Origin: Thermoanaerobaculia bacterium
Lineage (GTDB): Bacteria > Acidobacteriota > Thermoanaerobaculia > Gp7-AA8
Direction: 5' to 3'
DNA length: 64,000 nt
Assembly (NCBI GenBank): GCA_036009605.1
Contig: DASYLL010000458.1
Coordinates: 8,829-72,828, forward strand
Below, one piece after another: positions 1 through 9,245 of the stretch (its first letter is position 1; each line of letters begins with the position of its first letter). The position numbers and the translations under genes were made by a program. The notes below the pieces were generated by a model that made no database searches, was not told the DNA's origin, and was given only the letters and a program-made list of their open reading frames with translations.

Positions 1-403
1 GGACTTCGCCGACGAAGATCGTGTGATCGCCACTGGCGAACTGCTCGTGCACTTTGCACTCCAGAGTGCAGATTGCGCCTTCGAGCAGCGGGATGCCGTG
101 GGAGCCGCGGCGCACGCTGACGCCCTCGAACTTGTCATCGATCTTCGATGCGAAACGATTGGAAAGGTCGGCTTGCGTACTGGAAAGAATGCTGACGCCG
201 AACACCCCCGAAGCGAGCAGCGCCGCGTGCGTTTTCACCGCTTTCGCGACACAGACGAGCACGAGCGGCGGATGCAGCGACAGCGACGCGAACGAAGCCA
301 CGGTCATCCCGTACGGCTTCTCCTCGTGCTCGGTCGTCACGACGGTGACACCGCTGGCGAAATGCGACAGGGCTTCCTTGAAGCGGGCGTCGTCAATCGG
401 CAT
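1..403 (-). CDS. Flavin reductase-like (NADH:FMN oxidoreductase family) protein, partial; extends beyond window start
   Basis: Own reverse-strand translation from ATG at 401-403 gives MPIDDARFKEALSHFASGVTVVTTEHEEKPYGMTVASFASLSLHPPLVLVCVAKA..., which looks like the flavin reductase domain. This gene is not in the ORF track as such. Confidence 0.5.
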   Translation of the reverse strand, partial: MPIDDARFKEALSHFASGVTVVTTEHEEKPYGMTVASFASLSLHPPLVLVCVAKAVKTHAALLASGVFGVSILSSTQADLSNRFASKIDDKFEGVSVRRGSHGIPLLEGAICTLECKVHEQFASGDHTIFVGEV

Positions 404-455
404 AGCGGGCGGAGTGTACTGCAAACTTTTGCCACAACGCTGCGTATGAACGGAC

Positions 456-1430
456 ATGCGCAGACAGTTGATGTACACGCTCGCACTCGCCGCCGCATTG
501 TTCGTCGCCAGCACCGCCGGAGCGGCGGACGACGTCATCCGAAAAGGCTTCAATGTCGCGGACGGCGGCACGTTGCGCCTCGATGGTGCAATCGGAGACA
601 TCAAGGTCGTCACGGGCGGCAAAGGTGTGGCGATCGAAGTCATCCGTAAAGCGAGCGGCCGACGCGGCGCAGAGCGTCTGAAAGAGCATCGCATCGAGTT
701 CCAGCAGAACGGCAACGACGTGATCATCGACAGCGACTACGAAGACAACTGGAACGGCTGGCTCAGCTTTTCGAACGACTACGAAGTGCAGTGGAACATC
801 CGCGTCCCGGCGAACTACAACGTCAATGTGAAGACGTCCGGCGGTGGAATCGATCTCGCGGACATCGGCGGCACCGTCGAAGCGCGCACGTCCGGCGGCG
901 GCATCAAGACCGGCCGTCTCGGCGGCAACGCGACGTTGAAAACGTCCGGCGGCTCAATCTCGATCGGCGGCGGAACCAGCGACATCATCGCGCACACCTC
1001 GGGCGGCTCGATCGAGATCGGCGACACGACCGGTCCTGTCGAAGCGAAAACATCCGGCGGTTCGATCACGCTCTCACGCGTTGGCGGCAAGGTCTACGCG
1101 CGCACCTCGGGCGGTGGGATTCGCGTGGAAGACGCGCTTGGCAGCGTGGATGCGTCGACGTCCGGCGGCTCGATCACCGCACGTCTCTCGCGTCAGCCGA
1201 GCGGCGACTCGCGTCTCTCCACCTCGGGCGGCAGCGTCTCCGTGAGCATCGCCACCGGCGTCGATCTCGAGCTCGATGCGAAGGCGAGCGGCGGCGGCGT
1301 GCATTCGGACGTGCCGGTGCTCGTACAGGGAACGCACGACGAAGACTCGCTGCGCGGCCGCATCGGCAACGGAGGTCCGAAGCTGGTGCTCCGGACCTCG
1401 GGTGGCGGAATTCGCGTCAAGTCGCTGTAG
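456..1430 (+). CDS. Secreted beta-repeat protein (DUF4097 / putative adhesin-like) with signal peptide
   Basis: N-terminal signal peptide MRRQLMYTLALAAALFVASTAGA, followed by about ten tandem 'TSGGSI/TSGGGI' beta-strand repeats typical of DUF4097 beta-helix proteins. Confidence 0.6.
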   Translation: MRRQLMYTLALAAALFVASTAGAADDVIRKGFNVADGGTLRLDGAIGDIKVVTGGKGVAIEVIRKASGRRGAERLKEHRIEFQQNGNDVIIDSDYEDNWNGWLSFSNDYEVQWNIRVPANYNVNVKTSGGGIDLADIGGTVEARTSGGGIKTGRLGGNATLKTSGGSISIGGGTSDIIAHTSGGSIEIGDTTGPVEAKTSGGSITLSRVGGKVYARTSGGGIRVEDALGSVDASTSGGSITARLSRQPSGDSRLSTSGGSVSVSIATGVDLELDAKASGGGVHSDVPVLVQGTHDEDSLRGRIGNGGPKLVLRTSGGGIRVKSL

Positions 1431-1440
1431 CGGCTTGACG

Positions 1441-1524
1441 CGTTGTCAGTTCTCGGTTGTCCGTTGTCTGCGGCTTTGTGTGGCCTCGCAGAGAGGCACT
1501 GACAACTGACAACCGAGAACAAAC
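1441..1524. repeat. Palindromic repeat family A copy 1 (arms TTGTCAGTTCTCGGTTGTC... / ...GACAACCGAGAACTGACAA)
   Basis: Inverted repeat with about 28 bp arms made of TTGTCNG-like heptamers around a roughly 30 bp loop. It lies between the convergent 456..1430 gene and icd. The same element recurs at about 9141, 37791, 53146 and 62801. Confidence 0.75.
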
Positions 1525-1546
1525 ATTTAGCCGCGCTGGCGCGCGG

Positions 1547-2779
1547 CTAAATGTTTTCTACGATGTACTTCGCGAACTCGCTGGTCTTGACCTTCGTTGC
1601 GCCTTCCATCTGACGCTCGAGGTCGTACGTGACTTTCTTCTGCTGAATCGTTTTCGCCATGCCGTTCTCGATGGCTTCCGCGGCTTCGTTCCAGTTCATG
1701 TGACGCAGCATCATTACGCCGCTGAGGATCAATGATCCCGGGTTGATGACGTCGAGGCCCGCGTACTTTGGCGCGGTGCCGTGCGTCGCTTCGAAAATCG
1801 CCACTTCGTCGGATTCATTCGAGCCCGGAGCGATGCCGAGGCCGCCGACCTGCGCGGCGAGGGCGTCGGAGATGTAGTCGCCGTTGAGGTTCGTGGTTGC
1901 GATGACCGAGTACTCCTCGGGGCGCAGCAGAACCTGCTGGAACATCGAGTCGGCGATGCGGTCTTTGATCACGATCTTGCCTTCCGGCGCCTTGCCCGAA
2001 ACCTCGGACTCAGGAATCGTCACGTCGCCGAACTCGGACTTCGCGAGCTGGTAGCCCCAGTCCTTGAACGCGCCTTCGGTGAACTTCATGATGTTGCCTT
2101 TGTGCACGAGCGTGACGGAGTTGCGATTCGTGGCGATGGCGTACTCGGTCGCCTTGCGCACCAGGCGCTTCGAGCCGAACTCCGACATCGGCTTGATGCC
2201 GATCGCCGAGTTTTCGCGGATCTTCGTTGAGCGCCGCTCCATCGAGTTGAGAAACTCGATGACCTGATTCGCGAGATCGGATCCGGCCGGCCATTCGATG
2301 CCCGCGTACACGTCTTCCGTGTTCTCGCGGAAGATCGTCATGTTCACTTTCTGCGGTTCTTTGACCGGCGAAGGCACGCCGTCGAAGTAACGCACCGGAC
2401 GCACGCACGCGTAGAGGTCGAGCACCTGACGCAGCGTGACGTTCAGCGAGCGGATGCCGCCGCCGACCGGCGTCGCCAGCGGGCCTTTGATCGACACGCG
2501 ATAGTGCGCGAGATGGTCGAGCGTTTCCTGCGGCAGGTACTCGCCGAAGTTCTGAAACGCCTTCTCGCCGGCGAACACCTCGTGCCAGTAGATCTTGCGA
2601 TTCCCGCCGTAGATCTTCTCGACGGCGCCGTCGATCGCGTACTGCGTCGCGCGCCAGATGTCGGGACCCGTACCGTCGCCTTCGATGTACGGGATGATCG
2701 GGTCATCGGGAACGACGAGCCGGTTGTTCTCGTAGCCGATGCGCGTGCCGGTGGTCGGGTGGGAGATGCGGTCTGCCAT
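1547..2779 (-). CDS. icd: Isocitrate dehydrogenase, NADP-dependent
   Basis: 411 aa from [11 protein letters not shown]..., with the [27 protein letters not shown] motif characteristic of prokaryotic Icd. The ORF-track N-terminal extension is trimmed to the first plausible Met. Confidence 0.9.
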   Translation of the reverse strand: MADRISHPTTGTRIGYENNRLVVPDDPIIPYIEGDGTGPDIWRATQYAIDGAVEKIYGGNRKIYWHEVFAGEKAFQNFGEYLPQETLDHLAHYRVSIKGPLATPVGGGIRSLNVTLRQVLDLYACVRPVRYFDGVPSPVKEPQKVNMTIFRENTEDVYAGIEWPAGSDLANQVIEFLNSMERRSTKIRENSAIGIKPMSEFGSKRLVRKATEYAIATNRNSVTLVHKGNIMKFTEGAFKDWGYQLAKSEFGDVTIPESEVSGKAPEGKIVIKDRIADSMFQQVLLRPEEYSVIATTNLNGDYISDALAAQVGGLGIAPGSNESDEVAIFEATHGTAPKYAGLDVINPGSLILSGVMMLRHMNWNEAAEAIENGMAKTIQQKKVTYDLERQMEGATKVKTSEFAKYIVENI

Positions 2780-2829
2780 GGGCGCGCACTGTAGCGAAAA
2801 GTGGGCGGCCGGGAAAGAGCCTGACGAGG

Positions 2830-2951
2830 GAGTCTCAGAGTCGCAAAGTCTCAGAGTCTCAGAGGGCTTCGCTTCTTGTCGCCTTTGTGCGAGACGCACG
2901 CCGCACGCCGCCTTTCCTCTGAGACTCTGCGACTGTGAGACTCTGAGACTC
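2830..2951. repeat. Palindromic repeat family B copy 1: large hairpin of tandem GAGTCTCAGAG 11-mers
   Basis: Left arm GAGTCTCAGAGTCGCAAAGTCTCAGAGTCTCAGAG, right arm CTCTGAGACTCTGCGACTGTGAGACTCTGAGACTC, about 55 nt loop. It overlaps the 3' end of nfo. Confidence 0.75.
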
Positions 2952-3821
2952 ATTCCCGGCGATGAGCCCCCGCAGAACCGCCAGGTTTCGCTGATCAGAA
3001 ACGGTCTCAATCGTCTTCGGCGTCTCCAGCACTTTCGGGATGCGCGTGAAGCGCGCGTCGTTGAGCAGGAAGCGAAACGGTTCGAGTCCGAGCTCGCCCT
3101 GGCCGATGTGCTCGTGGCGATCGACGCGTGATCCGAGCGGCTTCTTCGAATCATTGAGATGAAACGCGCCCACGTTCTCGATGCCGACGTGTTGTTCGAT
3201 CTCATCGATCGCGCGCTCGTAGCCATCACGCGTGCGCAGGTCGTACCCGGCGGCGAAAACGTGGCAGGTGTCGACGCAGATGCCGAGGCGGCGCGGGTCG
3301 CTGACGCGGGCGATCATTTGTCCCAATTCTTCGAACGTGCAGCCGACGCAGGAGCCCTGTCCTGCCGATGTTTCGAGCAACGTGACGACGCGATGATTCG
3401 GAATCGCGGCGTGGATCGTGTCGAACGAGCGCGCGATCTGATCGATGGCCGCATTCGAGCCCAGGCCCATGTGCGCGCCGGGGTGCAGGACGACGGCGTG
3501 GATGCCGAGGCGCTCAGCGCGGTCGAGCTCGTCGATGAGCGCGGCGATGGACTTGCGGTGGAACTCCGGGTTCGTCGTCGCCAGATTGATGAGATACGAC
3601 GTGTGCGTGAGCAGCGGCTGCACGGTGCGCTTCGCGTTGAACGTCGCGCAGTCCTCATCCGTCAGCTCTTTGCCCTTCCACTGGTTCCCGTTCTTCGCGA
3701 ACAACGCCGCCGCGGACGCATCGATCGCGGCGGCGCGATCGAAGATCGTCGAGAGGCCGCCCTGGGTCGAGATGTGTGCGCCAAGGAGGTCACCGGGTGC
3801 ATCGGGGAAGGCGAACCTCAT
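2859..3821 (-). CDS. nfo: Endonuclease IV (AP endonuclease, deoxyribonuclease IV)
   Basis: From [23 protein letters not shown]... with the conserved HxxYLINL, LHPGAH and HLNDSK metal-binding blocks of Nfo. The last ~30 codons ([14 protein letters not shown]...) are encoded by repeat B1, so the true C-terminus is uncertain. Confidence 0.8.
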   Translation of the reverse strand: MRFAFPDAPGDLLGAHISTQGGLSTIFDRAAAIDASAAALFAKNGNQWKGKELTDEDCATFNAKRTVQPLLTHTSYLINLATTNPEFHRKSIAALIDELDRAERLGIHAVVLHPGAHMGLGSNAAIDQIARSFDTIHAAIPNHRVVTLLETSAGQGSCVGCTFEELGQMIARVSDPRRLGICVDTCHVFAAGYDLRTRDGYERAIDEIEQHVGIENVGAFHLNDSKKPLGSRVDRHEHIGQGELGLEPFRFLLNDARFTRIPKVLETPKTIETVSDQRNLAVLRGLIAGNESQSLTVAESQRKGGVRRASRTKATRSEAL

Positions 3822-4816
3822 TGCAGCCTGAAATTCACCGTCACCGTGTAATAGACGTCGATCGGCTCGCCGCGATACGTCGCGGGGCGGAATCTCCATC
3901 GACTCACCGCGCGACGTGCTTCGTCGCCGAGTCCGTACGGCAGGTCTTTGATGATCTCGAGATTGTCGATCGTGCCATCGCGTCTCACGATGCCGCGAAT
4001 CACGACCGGCCCCTGTACGCCCGCTCGACGCGCCGCCGGCGGGTATCGCGGAATCGCGCGATCGAGCTCCTCGGGTTGCGTGCCGCCCGGAGGTACCGCG
4101 CTGTAAACACCGGTGGTGCGTTCGACGGACTCCGGTTGCGGCTCCGGAGTTGGCTCGACCGGCGGCGGTTCCGTGGTCGTTGCCGTGTCTGCGATCGGCG
4201 GCGCCGCCGCGGTCTCGGTCACGTTCGTCGTCGACGGCACTTCCAGCTGATGCGTGCCGGACGAGCTGATGTCGATCGAGTCGACGTCGGCGTACGCGAC
4301 ACCTTTCCCCTGCGCGACCGCATAGAAGTCGTGATCGCGCGTGAACACGGTCACGTCGGCACCCTTCGCGAGAGTGCCGACGAGCGGATAGAAAATCCCC
4401 GGACCGGCGTAGAGGCTCACGCGCTCCGCGACTTCGCCCTTCAACGACGGCAGCGCGCGGATCGCTTCGAATCGTTTGATGCGACGTTGCTGCTCGGACG
4501 TGCGCTCGAGGTTCGCGCGCTCCGCCCATCCCGACAGTTCTTCCGACGTTTGCACACGCACCCACGCGCCGCGATCTTCGAGCATGGTCACACGCTCGCC
4601 GCTGGTCGCCGTGGCGACGACCGGTGCACGCGCGTTCGGCTCCGTGCGCACGCGGATGCGCACCGGCAGCACCGTCAGTGTCTCAGTGATCTGATCGGGC
4701 GCGCGCTCACTCGTGTCCGTGCGCAGCACGATCAACGCGAGCAGCACGAAGAAGATCACCGCCAGCGCGATGACCACGAGCAGACCGCGGCTGTGTCGGG
4801 TTTGGGGATCGGCCAT
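3818..4816 (-). CDS. TonB C-terminal domain protein with two bacterial SH3-like domains and an N-terminal TM anchor
   Basis: N-terminal TM segment LLVVIALAVIFFVLLALIVL, two SH3b-like segments, a Pro/Thr-rich linker and a TonB_C-like end (GVQGPVVIRGIVRRDGTIDNLEIIKD...). It overlaps nfo by 4 bp. Confidence 0.65.
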   Translation of the reverse strand: MADPQTRHSRGLLVVIALAVIFFVLLALIVLRTDTSERAPDQITETLTVLPVRIRVRTEPNARAPVVATATSGERVTMLEDRGAWVRVQTSEELSGWAERANLERTSEQQRRIKRFEAIRALPSLKGEVAERVSLYAGPGIFYPLVGTLAKGADVTVFTRDHDFYAVAQGKGVAYADVDSIDISSSGTHQLEVPSTTNVTETAAAPPIADTATTTEPPPVEPTPEPQPESVERTTGVYSAVPPGGTQPEELDRAIPRYPPAARRAGVQGPVVIRGIVRRDGTIDNLEIIKDLPYGLGDEARRAVSRWRFRPATYRGEPIDVYYTVTVNFRLQ

Positions 4817-5764
<948 letters not shown>

Positions 5765-6496
5765 TCAGATGGCGCCTTCTTCCTTCAACTTGATGAGGTG
5801 CGCGGTGATTTGAATCTCCGCGGCGCCGCGCAGGCGCTCATCGAGATCGGGATAGATGATCGCGCGCATTTCCTCCGCGGTTTCCGCGCCATTCGCGAAC
5901 GCGTCGAGGATCTGCCGTTCGCGCTCGAGACGATGCGCGATGTACTGCTCGATGAGCGGCATCGCGTCGTCGCGCACGGGACCGTGCGCGGGATAGATGC
6001 GGCGCGGATTCAACGAGCGCAGCGTTTCGAGCGAGCGGAAGTAGTCACCCATGTGGCCGTCGGGCGGGAAGATCGCGGTCGTGCCGTAGCCGAGGATCGT
6101 GTCGCCGGTGAAGAGGTCTCCGTCGGCGGTGAAGTAGCAGACGTGCTCGTTCGTGTGGCCCGGTGTCGCGATAACGTCGATGCGTGTGTCGTCGATCATC
6201 AACGTTTCGCCGCCGGCGACGCGGCGATCGACGTCCGAGTCATCGAGCACGTTACGCGGCGCGATGATCTCAGCGCCGGTCGCTTCTTTCAGAGGAATGG
6301 CCGCGGGTGCGTGATCGCCGTGGCGATGCGTGATGAGGATCGTGCGCAGGTTCGGCATCGCCGCGCACAACGCTTCGACATGCGATTCGATGAGCGGACC
6401 GGGATCGAGGATCGCGGTCTCGCCGATGAGGTACGTCTGCGTTCCGGTCAGCGTGAACGGACCGGGATTCGGTGCGGTGATCGTGCGAATGTTCAT
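5765..6496 (-). CDS. MBL-fold metallo-hydrolase
   Basis: HRHGDH metal-binding motif with downstream His/Asp ligands; 243 aa. Confidence 0.8.
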   Translation of the reverse strand: MNIRTITAPNPGPFTLTGTQTYLIGETAILDPGPLIESHVEALCAAMPNLRTILITHRHGDHAPAAIPLKEATGAEIIAPRNVLDDSDVDRRVAGGETLMIDDTRIDVIATPGHTNEHVCYFTADGDLFTGDTILGYGTTAIFPPDGHMGDYFRSLETLRSLNPRRIYPAHGPVRDDAMPLIEQYIAHRLERERQILDAFANGAETAEEMRAIIYPDLDERLRGAAEIQITAHLIKLKEEGAI

Positions 6497-7170
6497 CGGA
6501 GCGTCGGCTTTCCGTTCACGAGAACCGGCTCGACGGCTTCGATGATTGCGTCCCGTCGCGAGTCGAGCAGCTCTGCCGCGTTTGCGAATCCGATGAGCGC
6601 TTCGAGACTACGCAACGTGGGAAAGACCATCTGCATCTCGCGCGCGGCGTGTTTCTGCAACGCCGTTGTCGGATGAAGCCATGCTACGTCGACGACCTCG
6701 TTCTGTTCCGCGGTAGCGACGGCGTTGCGCGAGACGATCGCGAGAAAGAAATACGTGTCGAAGCGTTTCGGAATGCCGACGGGTGTGATCCAGCGCGAGG
6801 TCCAGACGAGTTGTGTGAGGTCGATCGGTGCTTCATTCGCGAGCTCGTTGAATCGGATGTTGCCCGCGAGCAGCTCGCGTCGCTTGCGCTCCGCGTCTTC
6901 GAGCGGCGCACCGAGCCAGACGCCGGTTTCCTCGAACGTTTCGCGCACGGCGGTGACGCGCATCGTGTCGAGCAGCGAACCGTCGCCGAGTTGCGCGTCG
7001 CTCCCTTCCGCGATGCCGCCGGGGAACACCCACGCGTTCGGCACGAACGAGCTCTTCTCGTGGCGCCGCAGCATCAGCACTTCGAACGGATCGTCGCGCA
7101 GCACGATCAGACTCGCAGCCGGAAGCGGCGTCACGGCATCCATCAACACTTCCCCTGCCATCCCACCCAC
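6493..7170 (-). CDS. NUDIX hydrolase (CoA pyrophosphatase-like)
   Basis: NUDIX box GG...E...RETFEETGV is present. The start is uncertain, with candidate Met codons at 7170, 7161 or about 7143. Confidence 0.65.
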   Translation of the reverse strand: MGGMAGEVLMDAVTPLPAASLIVLRDDPFEVLMLRRHEKSSFVPNAWVFPGGIAEGSDAQLGDGSLLDTMRVTAVRETFEETGVWLGAPLEDAERKRRELLAGNIRFNELANEAPIDLTQLVWTSRWITPVGIPKRFDTYFFLAIVSRNAVATAEQNEVVDVAWLHPTTALQKHAAREMQMVFPTLRSLEALIGFANAAELLDSRRDAIIEAVEPVLVNGKPTLR

Positions 7171-7559
7171 TCCTCACCGTCCGGACCGCGTTCTTTCTTC
7201 CAGATCGGGACCGTTTCTTTAATGCGATCGATGACGAGCCGGCACGCCGCAAACGCTTCCGCGCGATGCGGCGACGCGGCCACGATCGCGATCGATGCGT
7301 CGCCGACGACGAGATGGCCGAGGCGATGGACGACTGCGAGGGCGACGTCGGGGAACTGCGATCGCACGTCGCGCACGATCGTGTCGATCTCCTTCTCCGC
7401 CATCGGCCGGTACGCGTCATAGAAGATCGACTCGACCGCGTGGCCTTCGTGATGATCGCGCACGACGCCTTCGAAGAGGACGTACGCGCCGTCGGAGCGA
7501 CGCATCACGCTGGTGACGAGCGCGTGAGGATCGATGGGGTCGTCGGTGAGGTAGGTCAT
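7143..7559 (-). CDS. moaE: Molybdopterin synthase catalytic subunit
   Basis: 138 aa with MoaE-like core FEGVVRDHHEGHAVESIFYDAYRPMAEKE. Confidence 0.8.
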   Translation of the reverse strand: MTYLTDDPIDPHALVTSVMRRSDGAYVLFEGVVRDHHEGHAVESIFYDAYRPMAEKEIDTIVRDVRSQFPDVALAVVHRLGHLVVGDASIAIVAASPHRAEAFAACRLVIDRIKETVPIWKKERGPDGEEWVGWQGKC

Positions 7560-8158
7560 CAGTAGACGAGACGCATGAGACGGAATGGTTTGTCGGCGCG
7601 CTCGGGGCGATACAGCGCGAAGATGCAGATGGGCGTGTCGGGTTTCGGAGGATCACCTTCACGAAGACGCAGATGGAAATCGATTTCTTCTCCCGCTTGG
7701 ACTTGTCCCGAACCGTAGAGAACCGACTCGACGCGCACGGGGACGCGTGTTTCCCCGAGGTCGATGCGACGCGCAGCTTTTGTTGCGCTCGTGACCGTCC
7801 CGCGAATCAGCAGACGCGACTCGGACAACGGAACGATCGACATGATGCGATATCCACCATCGTCTCGCGGTTCGAGTCCGATCTCGTATTGCTCGCCTGC
7901 GTAATCGCCACCGAAGGTCTTCGCGATGCTATGAACGCCGAGAGCGACGTGCGATCCGGGCGCGAACGGAAGCGTGCCTTTGCGGATCTCGTCGACGCGC
8001 GCATTGACGCCGAGGCGATTGACGTCATCGATACCGATGGTCGGACGATCCTCCGAGTGTGTGGATTGTTCGAGCGTCGCCACCATCACGTGCGAGCCTT
8101 TCGACTCGAGAGAAATCCCGAACGTGCACAGGGCGGCGAGGAGAAGCGACAGACTCAT
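7559..8158 (-). CDS. Secreted hypothetical protein sitting between moaD and moaE
   Basis: Signal peptide MSLSLLLAALCTFGISLES. The start is trimmed to the Met at 8156-8158, which overlaps the moaD stop by 4 bp. I recognise no family. Confidence 0.5.
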   Translation of the reverse strand: MSLSLLLAALCTFGISLESKGSHVMVATLEQSTHSEDRPTIGIDDVNRLGVNARVDEIRKGTLPFAPGSHVALGVHSIAKTFGGDYAGEQYEIGLEPRDDGGYRIMSIVPLSESRLLIRGTVTSATKAARRIDLGETRVPVRVESVLYGSGQVQAGEEIDFHLRLREGDPPKPDTPICIFALYRPERADKPFRLMRLVY

Positions 8159-8400
8159 CCGCCCGCCACAGGAGGAATGAACGCCAGCTCGTCCCCGTCG
8201 CGCAGCACCGCATCGGGCGTCGCGTAGCTTTCGTTGATGGCAATCATCGGCGGTTGCACGTAGTCCGCGAGCTTCGCATACGACCCGCGCAGCGTCTCCC
8301 AAACCTCGGCCGCGGTCGTGCCCTCAGCGAGCGCGAGCTCACGCTCATCGCTGCCGGCGATGTCGCGCAACACCGCGAAAAACAGGAGCCGCACCTTCAT
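8155..8400 (-). CDS. moaD: Molybdopterin synthase sulfur-carrier subunit
   Basis: 81 aa from MKVRLLFFAVLRD..., ending in the diagnostic C-terminal Gly-Gly (PPVAGG). Confidence 0.75.
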   Translation of the reverse strand: MKVRLLFFAVLRDIAGSDERELALAEGTTAAEVWETLRGSYAKLADYVQPPMIAINESYATPDAVLRDGDELAFIPPVAGG

Positions 8401-8432
8401 CGACCGCATTCTATCGGTAGAATTCGCGCTGC

Positions 8433-8630
8433 ATGTTCGAGAGCGGAACCATCGTCGCGGATGCCCTGGCAATGCATCCCAAGGCCCGCTGGGTCTTCGC
8501 CGCCTACCACCTCGGCGGTTGCAATCAGTGCAACCTCGCGCAGGAGGAGACGCTGGAGCAGGTGGCCGCCGGGTATCGGATCTCGCTGGAGAGCCTGCTG
8601 GCGGATCTGAACGCGCTGGACCCGTCCTGA
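8433..8630 (+). CDS. DUF1858 (hybrid-cluster-protein-associated redox disulfide) domain protein
   Basis: 65 aa with the HLGGCNQCNLAQEETLEQVAAGYRISLESLLADLN pattern typical of DUF1858. Confidence 0.55.
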   Translation: MFESGTIVADALAMHPKARWVFAAYHLGGCNQCNLAQEETLEQVAAGYRISLESLLADLNALDPS

Positions 8631-9091
8631 CGCTCCCCTAAAACTCCGCGCGGCAGAGAGCGAGCGACGGCAGAAAACGCCAGCTTTCTCATCATGACGG
8701 CGGTCAGAATTGCAACCGCAAAGCCGGATGTGGAAAAAGTTTCCTCGAAAAAAAGCGGGTCCGCTCATGCGCTTTTTTTCACAAGCGAGATCCCTATCTC
8801 GCTTGATGTCTGATACTTCGGCGGTTGCGCCTGCCACCGATCCATCGATTTCGGTGTTATTTCGAAGAGAAATCGAAAGTTGGCTTCGATTTAGCAGAAA
8901 GCCAGATCACGATGAAACGGGTTTCGACAGAAATAACGAAACCTCACTTGCGCGGGTCTCGCCTACCTCACCTGTGCACAGTGGCTGCTGCGGGCTCCCT
9001 CCTTGACTATTGGACCGATTTTGGACGATTACTCACTAAGCTTCTTTGAACCTACCAACATGGCCGCAGCGGTCCTAGCGATGTACCACAA

Positions 9092-9122
9092 CGGAGCCGA
9101 AAGGCTCCGTTAGTGCTTTTAT
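9092..9122 (+). terminator. Intrinsic terminator-like hairpin (CGGAGCC-GAAA-GGCTCCG followed by a T-rich tract)
   Basis: Perfect 7 bp GC stem with a GAAA tetraloop followed by TTAGTGCTTTTAT. It closes the 8640-9120 lower-GC non-coding region. Confidence 0.45.
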
Positions 9123-9140
9123 GCGGCACCTGCGGTGTCG

Positions 9141-9207
9141 CGTTGTCAGTTCTCGGTTGTCGGTTGTCTGTGACGCAGCGCGAAGAGCCGCGGACAACCG
9201 ACAACTG
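9141..9207. repeat. Palindromic repeat family A copy 2 (right arm truncated)
   Basis: TTGTCAGTTCTCGGTTGTCGGTTGTCTG ... CGGACAACCGACAACTG, lying 40 bp upstream of the polA start. Confidence 0.7.
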
Positions 9208-9245
9208 CGGGCACGCGACAAGCGCGCAAATATAATCGCCCCCAG

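Noticed and set aside
2859-4565. 568 aa ORF reported as one gene
   Set aside because: The N-terminal 248 residues are Arg/Gly-rich noise overlapping the TonB-like gene in another frame. Real nfo starts at the internal Met (3821), giving a canonical endonuclease IV length.
8640-9125. tmRNA, RNase P RNA or SRP RNA in the lower-GC non-coding region
   Set aside because: I searched by eye on both strands for the tmRNA T-arm (GGTTCGAWTCC) and a tag ORF ending ALAA, for the RNase P GGAAAGTCCGGGCTCC and AGGGTGAAA boxes, and for the SRP GGTGCTGTTTACC motif. None is present. It is kept only as an unclassified sRNA candidate.
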